A stretch of DNA of 32,000 bases from Candidatus Micrarchaeum sp. (GCF_016806735.1 NZ_CP060530.1:540001-572000), one strand, 5' to 3'; counted from the stretch's first letter, positions 1 through 7,870 are shown. Translations and numbers: made by a program. The notes: generated from the sequence alone by a model not told the origin.

Positions 1-81
1 GTAGTGGTATACGTAAGGCGTGACAAGATAAAAATGGAGCCGTTGCTTACAAAAGCGCATCCAACTGACAGCATAAGGTAA
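1..81 (+). CDS. 3' end of an upstream CDS running off the window (product unknown)
   Basis: Frame 1 is open from nt 1 to a TAA at 79-81 (..VRRDKIKMEPLLTKAHPTDSIR*). It ends 5 nt before the next ATG, consistent with an operon. Only 26 codons are visible. Confidence 0.3.
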   Translation, partial: VVVYVRRDKIKMEPLLTKAHPTDSIR

Positions 82-86
82 GAAAG

Positions 87-1220
87 ATGGTAGTGCCGGA
101 GTTCAGGGGCTTTCCTTTCGTCGTTACCGGCACCGACCGCTTTTACGTAGTAGCTGGAAGCAGGAAGTATCTCGATTTCTCAGGCTCAGCAATGACAACA
201 GGCTACGATTTCCTGCGTAAAGAGGATTTTGTATCGCCAGTAAGCACTTTGGTATTCAGGAGCACATGGAATGACAGGCTTACAAAAAAGCTAAAGCTTG
301 TTTCGGGGAAGGACAATGTCGTATACTGCACCTCAGGCACCGAAGCATGCGAGACTGCGCTTTCGAGATACCAAAAGCCCATAATTGCATTGGAGAACGC
401 GTATCACGGCAAAGGCTATCTCACATACAGGGCTTCAAACGGCACCGGAATAGATACAAAAAACAGGGTCGTGCACCTAAGGGTTCCACAGGATTCTTCG
501 GAAGATAGAACTACACAAAGCTTTAACGAAGACCTGATTAGAAAGGCATCAAGATCATTCGATATCGATGGCTCCACAATTATATTTGAGCTTGTTCAGT
601 CCGACGGCGGTGTAAATATCCTATCCGACGATTTTATCAGCAGCTTGAAAAAGATTGCATTTGCAAACCATATGCATATGGCAATAGACGAAGTGTATAC
701 CGGCATGGGAAGGAGCGGGGAACTGCTGCTCTCCTTAAAAAAGGGATTGAAGCCAGAGATGATATGCATTGGAAAAGGCATGGCTGCAGGGCTTCCGCTG
801 TCCGCGGTACTGTATGACGGCGATTGGAATATATCCTACAACGGCGCTTTCGGCATGCAGTCCGGAAACATGCTATGCTCAAAGGCTGCCATAAAAACTA
901 TAGGCGGCCTGACAGAGAAAAGGCTTTCTTTCGTTAGAAGAAAGGGCAAGGAGATAGTCAAGCGCCTTGGCTCAATAAGCAACGAGAAAATAAAGTCCGT
1001 AAGGGGAATAGGCTTTATGATAGGAGTTGAACTTACAAAGTCAGGCAAGCCTTTGACTGATTATTCATACGAGCTAAGATCCGAGCTCCTAAAGAAAGGC
1101 GTGGTGTGCTCGCTGGTAGGTGCGAAAAGCAATATAATAAAGATAACACCTCCTCCATATATTGATGAAAAAACACTGGATGCAGGAATAGACAGGATTG
1201 CAGAAGCATTGGGTGAATAA
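87..1220 (+). CDS. Class-III PLP-dependent aminotransferase (acetylornithine/LysJ/GABA aminotransferase family)
   Basis: 377-aa ORF. DEVYTGMGRSG matches the DEVQTGxGRTG motif of class-III aminotransferases. GKGMAAGLPLS carries the expected Schiff-base Lys, and a TSGTEACETA segment is present. AGGT lies about 8 nt upstream of the ATG. Confidence 0.85.
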   Translation: MVVPEFRGFPFVVTGTDRFYVVAGSRKYLDFSGSAMTTGYDFLRKEDFVSPVSTLVFRSTWNDRLTKKLKLVSGKDNVVYCTSGTEACETALSRYQKPIIALENAYHGKGYLTYRASNGTGIDTKNRVVHLRVPQDSSEDRTTQSFNEDLIRKASRSFDIDGSTIIFELVQSDGGVNILSDDFISSLKKIAFANHMHMAIDEVYTGMGRSGELLLSLKKGLKPEMICIGKGMAAGLPLSAVLYDGDWNISYNGAFGMQSGNMLCSKAAIKTIGGLTEKRLSFVRRKGKEIVKRLGSISNEKIKSVRGIGFMIGVELTKSGKPLTDYSYELRSELLKKGVVCSLVGAKSNIIKITPPPYIDEKTLDAGIDRIAEALGE

Positions 1221-1221
1221 C

Positions 1222-2328
1222 ATGAAGAATGATAAAAGGATTTTAAAATGTGCATTTTCAATAGGCGATGTCAAGGTAAAGGGTGCATCGTTATACAGGG
1301 TTAGCGCTCCCATGACCGAGCCTTTTTCGATATCTCTAGGCACGCAGTATGACTTTGACGGCCTTTTCGTAGAGCTCGATGGAGAATCGGAAAAGGGCTA
1401 TGGTGAATGCAGCACCATACCCGAAATAACCGGGGAGTATACTGGTGCAGCCCTGGAAACCGCGCAGAGTATAATTCTGTCCATAAACGGCAGGGCTTAT
1501 GAGAGCCTTGAGGATTTTTCCGAAAGCATTACAAAAATAATACATGGGAGCAGTGCAGTAAAGAATGCAATAGAAATGGCTGCGCACGACCTGTACGCAA
1601 GATCCAATTCCATCCATGTTGCCAAGCTGCTTGGAGGCTCAATGAAGCCCGCGGAGACTAGCGTGACAATAACTCTCGGCAGCGTTAAGGATGCATTAAA
1701 GCAATTGGAATCGATACAGAAGAAAAAGCCGAAGGACATAAAGATGAAGATAGGGGTTGACGCCAATCTTGACATAGCCAGAATAAAGGCAGTGTCGGAA
1801 AGGCTTAAGGGCGAAAAATTTTATGTAGATGCAAACCAGGGATATTCGTTGCAAGATGCCATAAAAGTCGGCAAGGTACTTAATGACGTAGGTGCTGCAT
1901 TCTTTGAGCAGCCAATGGACTATAGGGACCTTGCAAAAATGGCATATTTGCGAAAACAAACCGGAATACCAATAATGCTGGACGAAAGCATAGTTAGCCC
2001 AAGAAGCGTCATAGACGCAATAATAGCAGATGCGGCTGATTACGTAAATGTAAAGCTGACCAAAAGCGGAGGCATGCGGCAGGCACTCAAGACGCTTTTC
2101 ACTACGCAGGCATATGGGATAAAGGCCATGGTAGGATGCATGATAGAAAGCAAGCTCGGTATAGCTGCAAGCCTTGCGGTCGCACTCTCATCAAAGAACG
2201 TAATATTCTACGACCTTGACGGATTCCAGTTCTTGAAGGAGCAGCCATTCGAGGCAGGCATAGAATACAAAAATGGCATGAATACGCTTACGGACGGCAA
2301 AGGTATAGCCTGCATCCGCAAGTTTTAG
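1222..2328 (+). CDS. Enolase-superfamily enzyme, MLE subgroup; dipeptide (L-Ala-D/L-Glu type) epimerase-like
   Basis: KxK motif in DYVNVKLTKSGG. Metal-ligand motifs appear in order: FYVDANQGY, FFEQP, IMLDES. The ATG at 1222 is 1 nt after the aminotransferase TAA; the ORF track start at 1198 overlaps the upstream gene. Confidence 0.8.
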   Translation: MKNDKRILKCAFSIGDVKVKGASLYRVSAPMTEPFSISLGTQYDFDGLFVELDGESEKGYGECSTIPEITGEYTGAALETAQSIILSINGRAYESLEDFSESITKIIHGSSAVKNAIEMAAHDLYARSNSIHVAKLLGGSMKPAETSVTITLGSVKDALKQLESIQKKKPKDIKMKIGVDANLDIARIKAVSERLKGEKFYVDANQGYSLQDAIKVGKVLNDVGAAFFEQPMDYRDLAKMAYLRKQTGIPIMLDESIVSPRSVIDAIIADAADYVNVKLTKSGGMRQALKTLFTTQAYGIKAMVGCMIESKLGIAASLAVALSSKNVIFYDLDGFQFLKEQPFEAGIEYKNGMNTLTDGKGIACIRKF

Positions 2329-2358
2329 GCTATATTGCGTTATTATTCCAGCGATAAA

Positions 2359-2637
2359 ATGCCATGGATACCAATAAGAAGCGTTGACAAGCACTTATAC
2401 AAAATGGCCATGAAAATGAAGGATGGTTATTCGATTACTGTGAAAAGCTTCAAGAAAGACAGGATTGTTACAATAAAAAGAGCAGGAAACAATTTTGAAA
2501 TAGACGAAGACGGCTTTAAAAAAGAGAAGTTAACTGTCGATGAGAATGCGCTCAAAAAGGCAATAAAGGATACTATCGATTTTGAATACCCAAAATCCCA
2601 CGAATTGATGGTAACAGAACAATCGGCAAAGCCTTAA
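2359..2637 (+). CDS. Small hypothetical protein (about 92 aa), third gene of the operon
   Basis: ORF 2335-2637 begins with TTG; the first ATG is at 2359 (MPWIPIRSVDK..). Lys/Glu-rich with no recognisable motif. Same strand, about 30 nt after the epimerase stop. Confidence 0.5.
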   Translation: MPWIPIRSVDKHLYKMAMKMKDGYSITVKSFKKDRIVTIKRAGNNFEIDEDGFKKEKLTVDENALKKAIKDTIDFEYPKSHELMVTEQSAKP

Positions 2638-2687
2638 ATCCTACAAAGACAATATCTTATCGTGGTTTATTATATGTGTGTGGTATC

Positions 2688-3551
2688 ATGGTGCATGAAA
2701 AAGCAATAACCGGAAATACGTCGTTGTACTGCATAATAGGCATGCCTGCTCATCATTCGCTTTCTCCGACAATACACAACGCGATGTACAAGAAGCTCGG
2801 AATGGACGCCGTTTTTCTTGCGTTTGACGTTGCCCCTGAAGACCTTAAATCGGCAGTATACGGGATGAAGGCATATGGCATAAAGGGAATGACGCTTACA
2901 AGCCCGCACAAGCAGGAGGTCATGAAATACATGGACCACATAGACCCTCTTGCAAAAGAGCTCGGGGCCGTAAATGGGATAGTGATAAAAAACGGCAAGT
3001 TTTATGGTTACAATACTGATGAGCCTGGCTCCATAATGTCCTTGGAAAGGCACGGAATGAATACAAAGGCAGGCTATGCTCTGTTCGGCGCAGGAGGTGC
3101 GGCAAGAGCTATCGCTTTCGGCCTTGCTCATAAAGGCGTAAAATCCTTGTATATAATAAACAGGACCTTGGAGCATGCGGAAGGGCTTAAATCCGACCTG
3201 CAGAAGCGCTTTCCGAAGATGAATATAGAAACCGCAAAGCTCGGATCCAAAAAAGCCGAGATTGCAATAAAGAACTCAAAGTATATACTTAACGCTACGA
3301 ATATTACTCTTGAAAACAGCAAAGACACGCCTGTTCCTGCAGGGCTGCTTAACAAAGACATGGTGGTTTTCGACGCAAATTATGTACCTTTGAAGAATAA
3401 GCTTTTGTCCGACGCAAAAAAGAAGGGATGTATAACAATAAACGGCTTGGAGCTCCTTGTTTACAACCAAGCAGTAGCATTCAAGCTTTTTACAGGGAGG
3501 GAGCCAGACATCAAAACGATGATGGATGCAGCAGAAAAAGCAGCAAATTAG
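2688..3551 (+). CDS. aroE: Shikimate 5-dehydrogenase
   Basis: Motifs HSLSPTIHN, LTSPHK, YGYNTD and the NADP Rossmann loop GAGGAARAIAFGL appear in canonical AroE order. The ATG at 2688 gives MVHEKAITGN.. Confidence 0.9.
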   Translation: MVHEKAITGNTSLYCIIGMPAHHSLSPTIHNAMYKKLGMDAVFLAFDVAPEDLKSAVYGMKAYGIKGMTLTSPHKQEVMKYMDHIDPLAKELGAVNGIVIKNGKFYGYNTDEPGSIMSLERHGMNTKAGYALFGAGGAARAIAFGLAHKGVKSLYIINRTLEHAEGLKSDLQKRFPKMNIETAKLGSKKAEIAIKNSKYILNATNITLENSKDTPVPAGLLNKDMVVFDANYVPLKNKLLSDAKKKGCITINGLELLVYNQAVAFKLFTGREPDIKTMMDAAEKAAN

Positions 3552-3648
3552 CATTAGAATCGAAGCGTTATCCCCTATGTCCCAACTTTATGTAATCATA
3601 CAGCCTAGATAACGTTCAGGCAAAGAATATTTATTGAGGTAAAACAAC

Positions 3649-4302
3649 ATGGTTGGCATAAAGCATAACTTGTATCCTCTGAATGCTGGCGAAGCCGCAA
3701 AATTTTTAGGATGCAGCATTGCCGACCTGATAGATAAGCTGACATCTTTTGACTACAGTTCTATACCTACACTTACGGAGAGGGAAGAAGGCGATACCGA
3801 AAAATGGGTGGCTATACGAAGCAGGTATCCTTTTACCATCATAGTAATAATGGATCGTGATAGAAACGATATTGCAGGCTACTGGTCGTTTGTGCCTGTG
3901 GATGAGAAAACGTTCAAGCGCATAAAGAGCGGCACAATGATAGACGGCGACATAGCCTTAGAAAATATTCCAGAATTGAAACCTGGAAGTAGATGTTATA
4001 TGTACATAACAATGGTGTTCCTTAAAAAAGAGTACAGGCATACGGATGCGGTAGGCGCTATCTATGATTCATTTACAGAAACATTCTCTAAATTCGCAGA
4101 AAAGGATATATTTTTCCATGAGGTGGCCGCAAACGCTTATACTGAAGAAGGTAAATCCTTCGGCATGCGCCTAGGCATGTCATTCGTAACGCATAGCGCC
4201 GAAAGGGGAGAAATTTATTCTGCAAAAACACAATTGATTCTCGCTTCCAAATATTTAAATGCCAGCGAAAAGCTCATCAAAGCGTATTCTGCATATCCGT
4301 AA
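3649..4302 (+). CDS. Uncharacterised protein: N-terminal HTH-like segment plus acyltransferase-like (GNAT-like?) body; paralog of 12200-12868
   Basis: 217 aa. LNAGEAAKFLGCSIADLIDKL resembles an excisionase/MerR-type HTH. It aligns block by block with the 12200-12868 product (EEGDTEKWV/EEGTQENWV, GYWSFV/GYWHFV, IFFHE/VFFTE, GMSFV/GMKFV). GAGGT lies 8 nt upstream of the ATG. Confidence 0.75.
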   Translation: MVGIKHNLYPLNAGEAAKFLGCSIADLIDKLTSFDYSSIPTLTEREEGDTEKWVAIRSRYPFTIIVIMDRDRNDIAGYWSFVPVDEKTFKRIKSGTMIDGDIALENIPELKPGSRCYMYITMVFLKKEYRHTDAVGAIYDSFTETFSKFAEKDIFFHEVAANAYTEEGKSFGMRLGMSFVTHSAERGEIYSAKTQLILASKYLNASEKLIKAYSAYP

Positions 4303-4399
4303 GCCCTTGCCAATAGCTTAAATGCCTTATCCATGCCGAGCGTTGCCAATAAAACACGATTATTGCAAGGTGTTGGCTCCCTCCATAATGTGCCATTCA

Positions 4400-5332
4400 T
4401 CAAGCCTTTAGCATGTATAAATATACTACTGAGACCACCATCGCGGCTATAGCGGCGAAGTCGCCAAATCCCAGGAACTTTATAAATACCCCGTAAAGTA
4501 TTGCAAGCCACAGTATATCGAGCTCGGGTATGCTGTAAATGAGCTCTTTGTCAACAACCTTGCGCACTCCCCTTAGGTATTTCGTGTACGTGTAGCTTAT
4601 GAATCCGAGTACAAATGGCACTACTATGGCGACTCCAGCCAGCGCAGATATGCCTATAGACGCTTCTGTGACCTTGAATCCGAACGCAAGAACTGCGATC
4701 AAAGTCACCAGCGCCTCAATAACAGATATCCAGAACCATTTGCTCGGTATTGACTCTCTCTCATAGCTGACCCTTACCGAAAGCATCCCGCCTATTGCAT
4801 AAAATACTGCTGCAGTAAGGCCCATGGCTATGCTGAAAAGGTTTATCGATGAAGGGTATGAAGAATTGAACGAGATATAAAGGTATATGACGCTAGCAAC
4901 TATCACGATAATGGCAACAGTTATTCCTATAAGCTTCTTTCCAGATGCTGCAAGCAGCTTTATGTTTTTTCCGTCGAATAGGAAAAAGAGCACACTCATA
5001 TAAGAAATAGCGTATACTACAAGAAGGCTTTTTGAATTGACCACGCTGAACAGGGCTATGTTGCCTATGGCATAAAATATCCCTGCCAGAATATCGAATC
5101 TTTCCGGCTTCCTGCGCATACTTTTCTTAAAAACGAGGGCGGAAGCAAGCGCTATTGCTGCCGACACGGTGAAAATTATCAAAAGCGTGCTCACGTAGTT
5201 GCTTCCGTAGAAGCTTATGCTCTCAGTTATGAGCAGTGCCCAGAAAGCGTACGACACCGAAGATATCAATGGAAGGGCAATAAGAAACTTTAGGCCTGGA
5301 TGTTTTTTATTCGATGGCAGTGGCATCACCAT
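4400..5332 (-). CDS. Polytopic membrane protein, about 10 TM helices (DMT/EamA-like transporter is a guess)
   Basis: 310 aa, almost entirely hydrophobic helices separated by short polar loops. Size and helix count fit the drug/metabolite transporter superfamily. No diagnostic motif seen. Confidence 0.7.
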   Translation of the reverse strand: MVMPLPSNKKHPGLKFLIALPLISSVSYAFWALLITESISFYGSNYVSTLLIIFTVSAAIALASALVFKKSMRRKPERFDILAGIFYAIGNIALFSVVNSKSLLVVYAISYMSVLFFLFDGKNIKLLAASGKKLIGITVAIIVIVASVIYLYISFNSSYPSSINLFSIAMGLTAAVFYAIGGMLSVRVSYERESIPSKWFWISVIEALVTLIAVLAFGFKVTEASIGISALAGVAIVVPFVLGFISYTYTKYLRGVRKVVDKELIYSIPELDILWLAILYGVFIKFLGFGDFAAIAAMVVSVVYLYMLKA

Positions 5333-5448
5333 TTCAGTTAGGTATTGAAGGCATAGTTAAAAAGGCTTTTTCTTCTTGGTAAAATGTAATAGCCTTTTTG
5401 CAAAAGCAATAGATCTGACAGCGTTGATGCCTGTTTCAAAGCCAAAAC

Positions 5449-5724
5449 TTGCGCTTGGATCGAAATGTGCATAGCCGGCTTCTTTTCGGTTTTAGCACAA
5501 TGAGAGTAGGTGGTTTCATGGTGCCTGTATCCGATCTGGAAAAGACCGTGATAGACATGTTATATCTGAAGGTTCCAATAAGGGAAGAGCTTTATCCAGA
5601 AATATCAAAAAGGCTCGACAAAAGAAGGTTTGAAGAGTACTTAAAAAGTTTCAACAAAAGTTTCTCAGCATATGCCAAAAAGGAGGTTGCACAGATAAGG
5701 CAAGATGCAAGCAATGCAGTATAA
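5449..5724 (+). CDS. Small ORF resembling only the C-terminal part of AbiEi/COG5340-type antitoxin-regulators; possible gene remnant
   Basis: TTG-initiated 91-aa ORF. VPVSDLEKTVIDMLYLK resembles the (V/A)SxxE(K/R)TxxDxL motif of AbiEi C-terminal domains. No N-terminal wHTH, and only 116 bp separate it from the upstream gene. Confidence 0.35.
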   Translation: MRLDRNVHSRLLFGFSTMRVGGFMVPVSDLEKTVIDMLYLKVPIREELYPEISKRLDKRRFEEYLKSFNKSFSAYAKKEVAQIRQDASNAV

Positions 5725-6042
5725 ACTAAAACAGGATAAAGCAACTTCGCTGGCTTCAGAAGTTATCTATTATTATATTTGTAAGAAGTTAAGCTGGCTT
5801 TTTTAGTTACTTGGTTTTGGCATCCATTTGGGTTTTCTTATTATTTTGCCAAATATAATTGGTATTTAGACTATGCCTAAATAATTGTTAGAATATCTAA
5901 CATATTCTACGAATATATATTGCACTGCTTATTTGCGTATTATAAAATAGAGTTTTTTCTGAATCTCCAGGGTTTAGCTGAAATTAGCAGTCAAACCGCA
6001 AAATTATTAAGTGTTAAGTACCTATGTGCAATAAGTGGTATC

Positions 6043-6207
6043 ATGAATATATTTAAAAAAAGGCCTCAGAATGATAAGGATTCTGGCGATGAGTTGGTCA
6101 AAAGCCCGGTTTCAAAGGAAGCAATAAACCAGATCAGAAAGCAGAAACCTACAATAAAAGTATTCGAAGAAGACAAAAAAGACGAAGAAGACGAATTACA
6201 CTCTTAG
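6043..6207 (+). CDS. Possible small acidic/basic protein (54 aa)
   Basis: An ATG at 6043 lies inside track ORF 5920-6207 (MNIFKKRPQNDKDSGDELVK..EEDKKDEEDELHS). Low complexity, in an AT-rich tract; an 8-bp inverted repeat follows the stop (6255-6275). Confidence 0.25.
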   Translation: MNIFKKRPQNDKDSGDELVKSPVSKEAINQIRKQKPTIKVFEEDKKDEEDELHS

Positions 6208-6782
6208 CCAATTGTTTCATTGCTTGCAATTTTAATAGTTAATAATTATAAAATAATATTAGAATTACTAATATTATATTGGCTATCAATTAAATCGCTC
6301 AATTTTCGCTCATAATCGCTTGCAGCCTTCGCCAATATAATTGCATGGAAAGGTCTTTTTTATGGCGCTATGCGTTAAATAAGAGGGCATTTTTTCTGTG
6401 AAACCTTGCTAAAAACCTGTATTTTTGTACATTTCCATACCAAAAATAAGTGCTTCCATAAAAACGAAAATCATTATTTTTATTTCATATTTTTGAGCTA
6501 AAAAAGGCCTCTCGAGGAAAAGTACGATTTTTTAAACAAGTTTGGCGCGCAATAGCCATTGCTTAACCAGGATGGCTCGTTTTCCATAAATCTGAAATGC
6601 AAGCTTTTTCCAAACCCTATTTCTGTTGCAAAAAAATGGAATTACAATTTTTGCCATCCATTGCACATGATATTTTATTTTTATGGAAAATGATACGGAT
6701 CATATGGCAATCTAGCTAGTTTAAGCCTTCGAGTGAATTATTTTTAGCAAACATCCTGCAAATTATCTATTCTAATACTTTA

Positions 6783-6818
6783 ATAGAAATTCTAAAACTA
6801 TTTGCGTTAATTCAAATT
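6783..6818. repeat. Direct repeat copy 1 flanking the vapBC cassette
   Basis: ATAGAAATTCTAAAACTATTTGCGTTAATTCAAATT is 35/36 identical to 7526-7561 (38/40 if extended to 6779). It contains the vapC stop codon and last two codons. Confidence 0.9.
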
Positions 6819-7261
6819 ACCTGCTTTTTAAACGGATTAATTACTCTGATCCCCTTAATCTTCTTGAAATCCTTTTCATTCTCCGTAACTATGGTATAAA
6901 CATTGTTTTCTTTCATCGTCTCCGTTATCAGAGTATCCCAAATGTTTGTCTTGAGCCGCACAGAGGTTTCGACAGCACTCACGGCAGTGGAAACGCCATA
7001 ATCAAGCTTGCGCCATGATGAAGCGCCGGCAAAATCTTTTATTATGCGCTCGGCATCTTCGCGCGGCAAAGGATTTGTTACGAATCTGGTTAAAACATTG
7101 TAAAGCTCCAAAAGTACCTGGCTTGATATGACTCCGTTTCCTTCATTCATGGCTTTTCCAATCATCTTCGATGCAATGCTATGCTTTTCAACTTCGCTGC
7201 TGTCAAATGCATAGACAATTACAGAAGTGTCAAAGAATAAGTCAGCGGCCATGCCATTCAT
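6812..7261 (-). CDS. vapC: PIN-domain ribonuclease toxin VapC
   Basis: 149 aa. Acidic PIN residues appear in order: LFFDTSV (D), QVLLELYN (E), IWDTLI (D), IVTENEKDF. It overlaps the upstream antitoxin gene by 20 nt. Confidence 0.9.
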   Translation of the reverse strand: MNGMAADLFFDTSVIVYAFDSSEVEKHSIASKMIGKAMNEGNGVISSQVLLELYNVLTRFVTNPLPREDAERIIKDFAGASSWRKLDYGVSTAVSAVETSVRLKTNIWDTLITETMKENNVYTIVTENEKDFKKIKGIRVINPFKKQVI

Positions 7262-7466
7262 CTCTGCTTTTGGTTATCTTGCCGAGCGGATAGCCTTTCG
7301 TCATGAGCTTTAATAGTTCATCGCCTGCGCTCTTGGCTTTATCCCTATTCAACTTATCGCCGCTTGCTTCTATTACACTCTTTATGACTTCAGAAAAGCT
7401 GCGCTTGCCCTTCCTCCTAGACAATTCTATATAAACTTCATTTGAAACAGATATCTGTCTGGCCAT
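7242..7466 (-). CDS. vapB: VapB-type antitoxin (COG1753/PF02697-like)
   Basis: MARQISVSNEVYIELSRRKGKRSFSEVIKSVI matches the ISVSDEVYxxLxxxKxxxSFSEVI pattern of archaeal VapB antitoxins. The ATG at 7466 is preferred over the track start at 7520. The TATA-like TTTATATG sits about 33 nt upstream. Confidence 0.85.
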   Translation of the reverse strand: MARQISVSNEVYIELSRRKGKRSFSEVIKSVIEASGDKLNRDKAKSAGDELLKLMTKGYPLGKITKSRDEWHGR

Positions 7467-7474
7467 CGCAACAC

Positions 7475-7499
7475 ATATGTATAATGTATGTATACATAT
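7475..7499. promoter_or_regulatory. Dyad-symmetric operator-like element in the vapBC promoter
   Basis: ATATGTATA (7475-7483) and TATACATAT (7491-7499) form a perfect 9-bp inverted repeat with a 7-nt spacer. The right arm overlaps the TATA-like box (minus-strand TTTATATG, 7495-7502). Confidence 0.55.
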
Positions 7500-7525
7500 A
7501 AAAGAATTATGGCCTGACATTTTTC

Positions 7526-7561
7526 ATAGAAATCCTAAAACTATTTGCGTTAATTCAAATT
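7526..7561. repeat. Direct repeat copy 2 flanking the vapBC cassette
   Basis: ATAGAAATCCTAAAACTATTTGCGTTAATTCAAATT has the same orientation as copy 1, 743 bp away, immediately upstream of the vapB promoter. Confidence 0.9.
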
Positions 7562-7870
7562 CAGCTCTTTTTTGAACTTTTGCTCTTCTTTATTTGATAT
7601 TTATAACAATCCATCCTTTTTGAAGGATGGAAAGCTTTTAAGAGTAAGTGAAGCCGATCCGGACTTTGTAAAAAGAATAGAGCACAACAGGGAATTAAAC
7701 AAAGTAGGCGTAAAACTAGGGAGTTTAGAGGGCATGAAGCTGCCCATAGAAATATGAACCGGAATATGCGTAGCTTCTTTCTCTCCATATCTTTTTGTTA
7801 TAGAGAGCGAATTATGTAGCGATGTGCTTTTTACATTCAATTAGGTTCAAAACAGAGTATTTCCCCTATT

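Noticed and set aside
2670-3176. 168-aa minus-strand ORF, and similar long antisense ORFs elsewhere (for example 14738-15124, 16984-17352, 18512-18943, 19003-19464, 21601-22109, 23310-23714, 26081-26488, 27690-28139).
   Set aside because: Each lies opposite a gene with diagnostic motifs or a much longer ORF. The translations are Cys/Arg/Leu/Ser-biased shadows.
6783-7561. The 36-bp direct repeats are of CRISPR-repeat length, which raised the possibility of a CRISPR array.
   Set aside because: There are only two copies, 743 bp apart, and the interval is a complete vapBC operon, not a spacer. No further copies and no cas genes occur in the window.
7561-7840. Three mutually overlapping ORFs of 61-79 aa (7561-7788 minus, 7572-7757 plus, 7601-7840 minus) between repeat copy 2 and the GC-rich island.
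   Set aside because: They exclude one another and use TTG or weak starts without SD or TATA support. The translations are low-complexity or Cys/Leu-rich. I treat the region as non-coding or decayed sequence.
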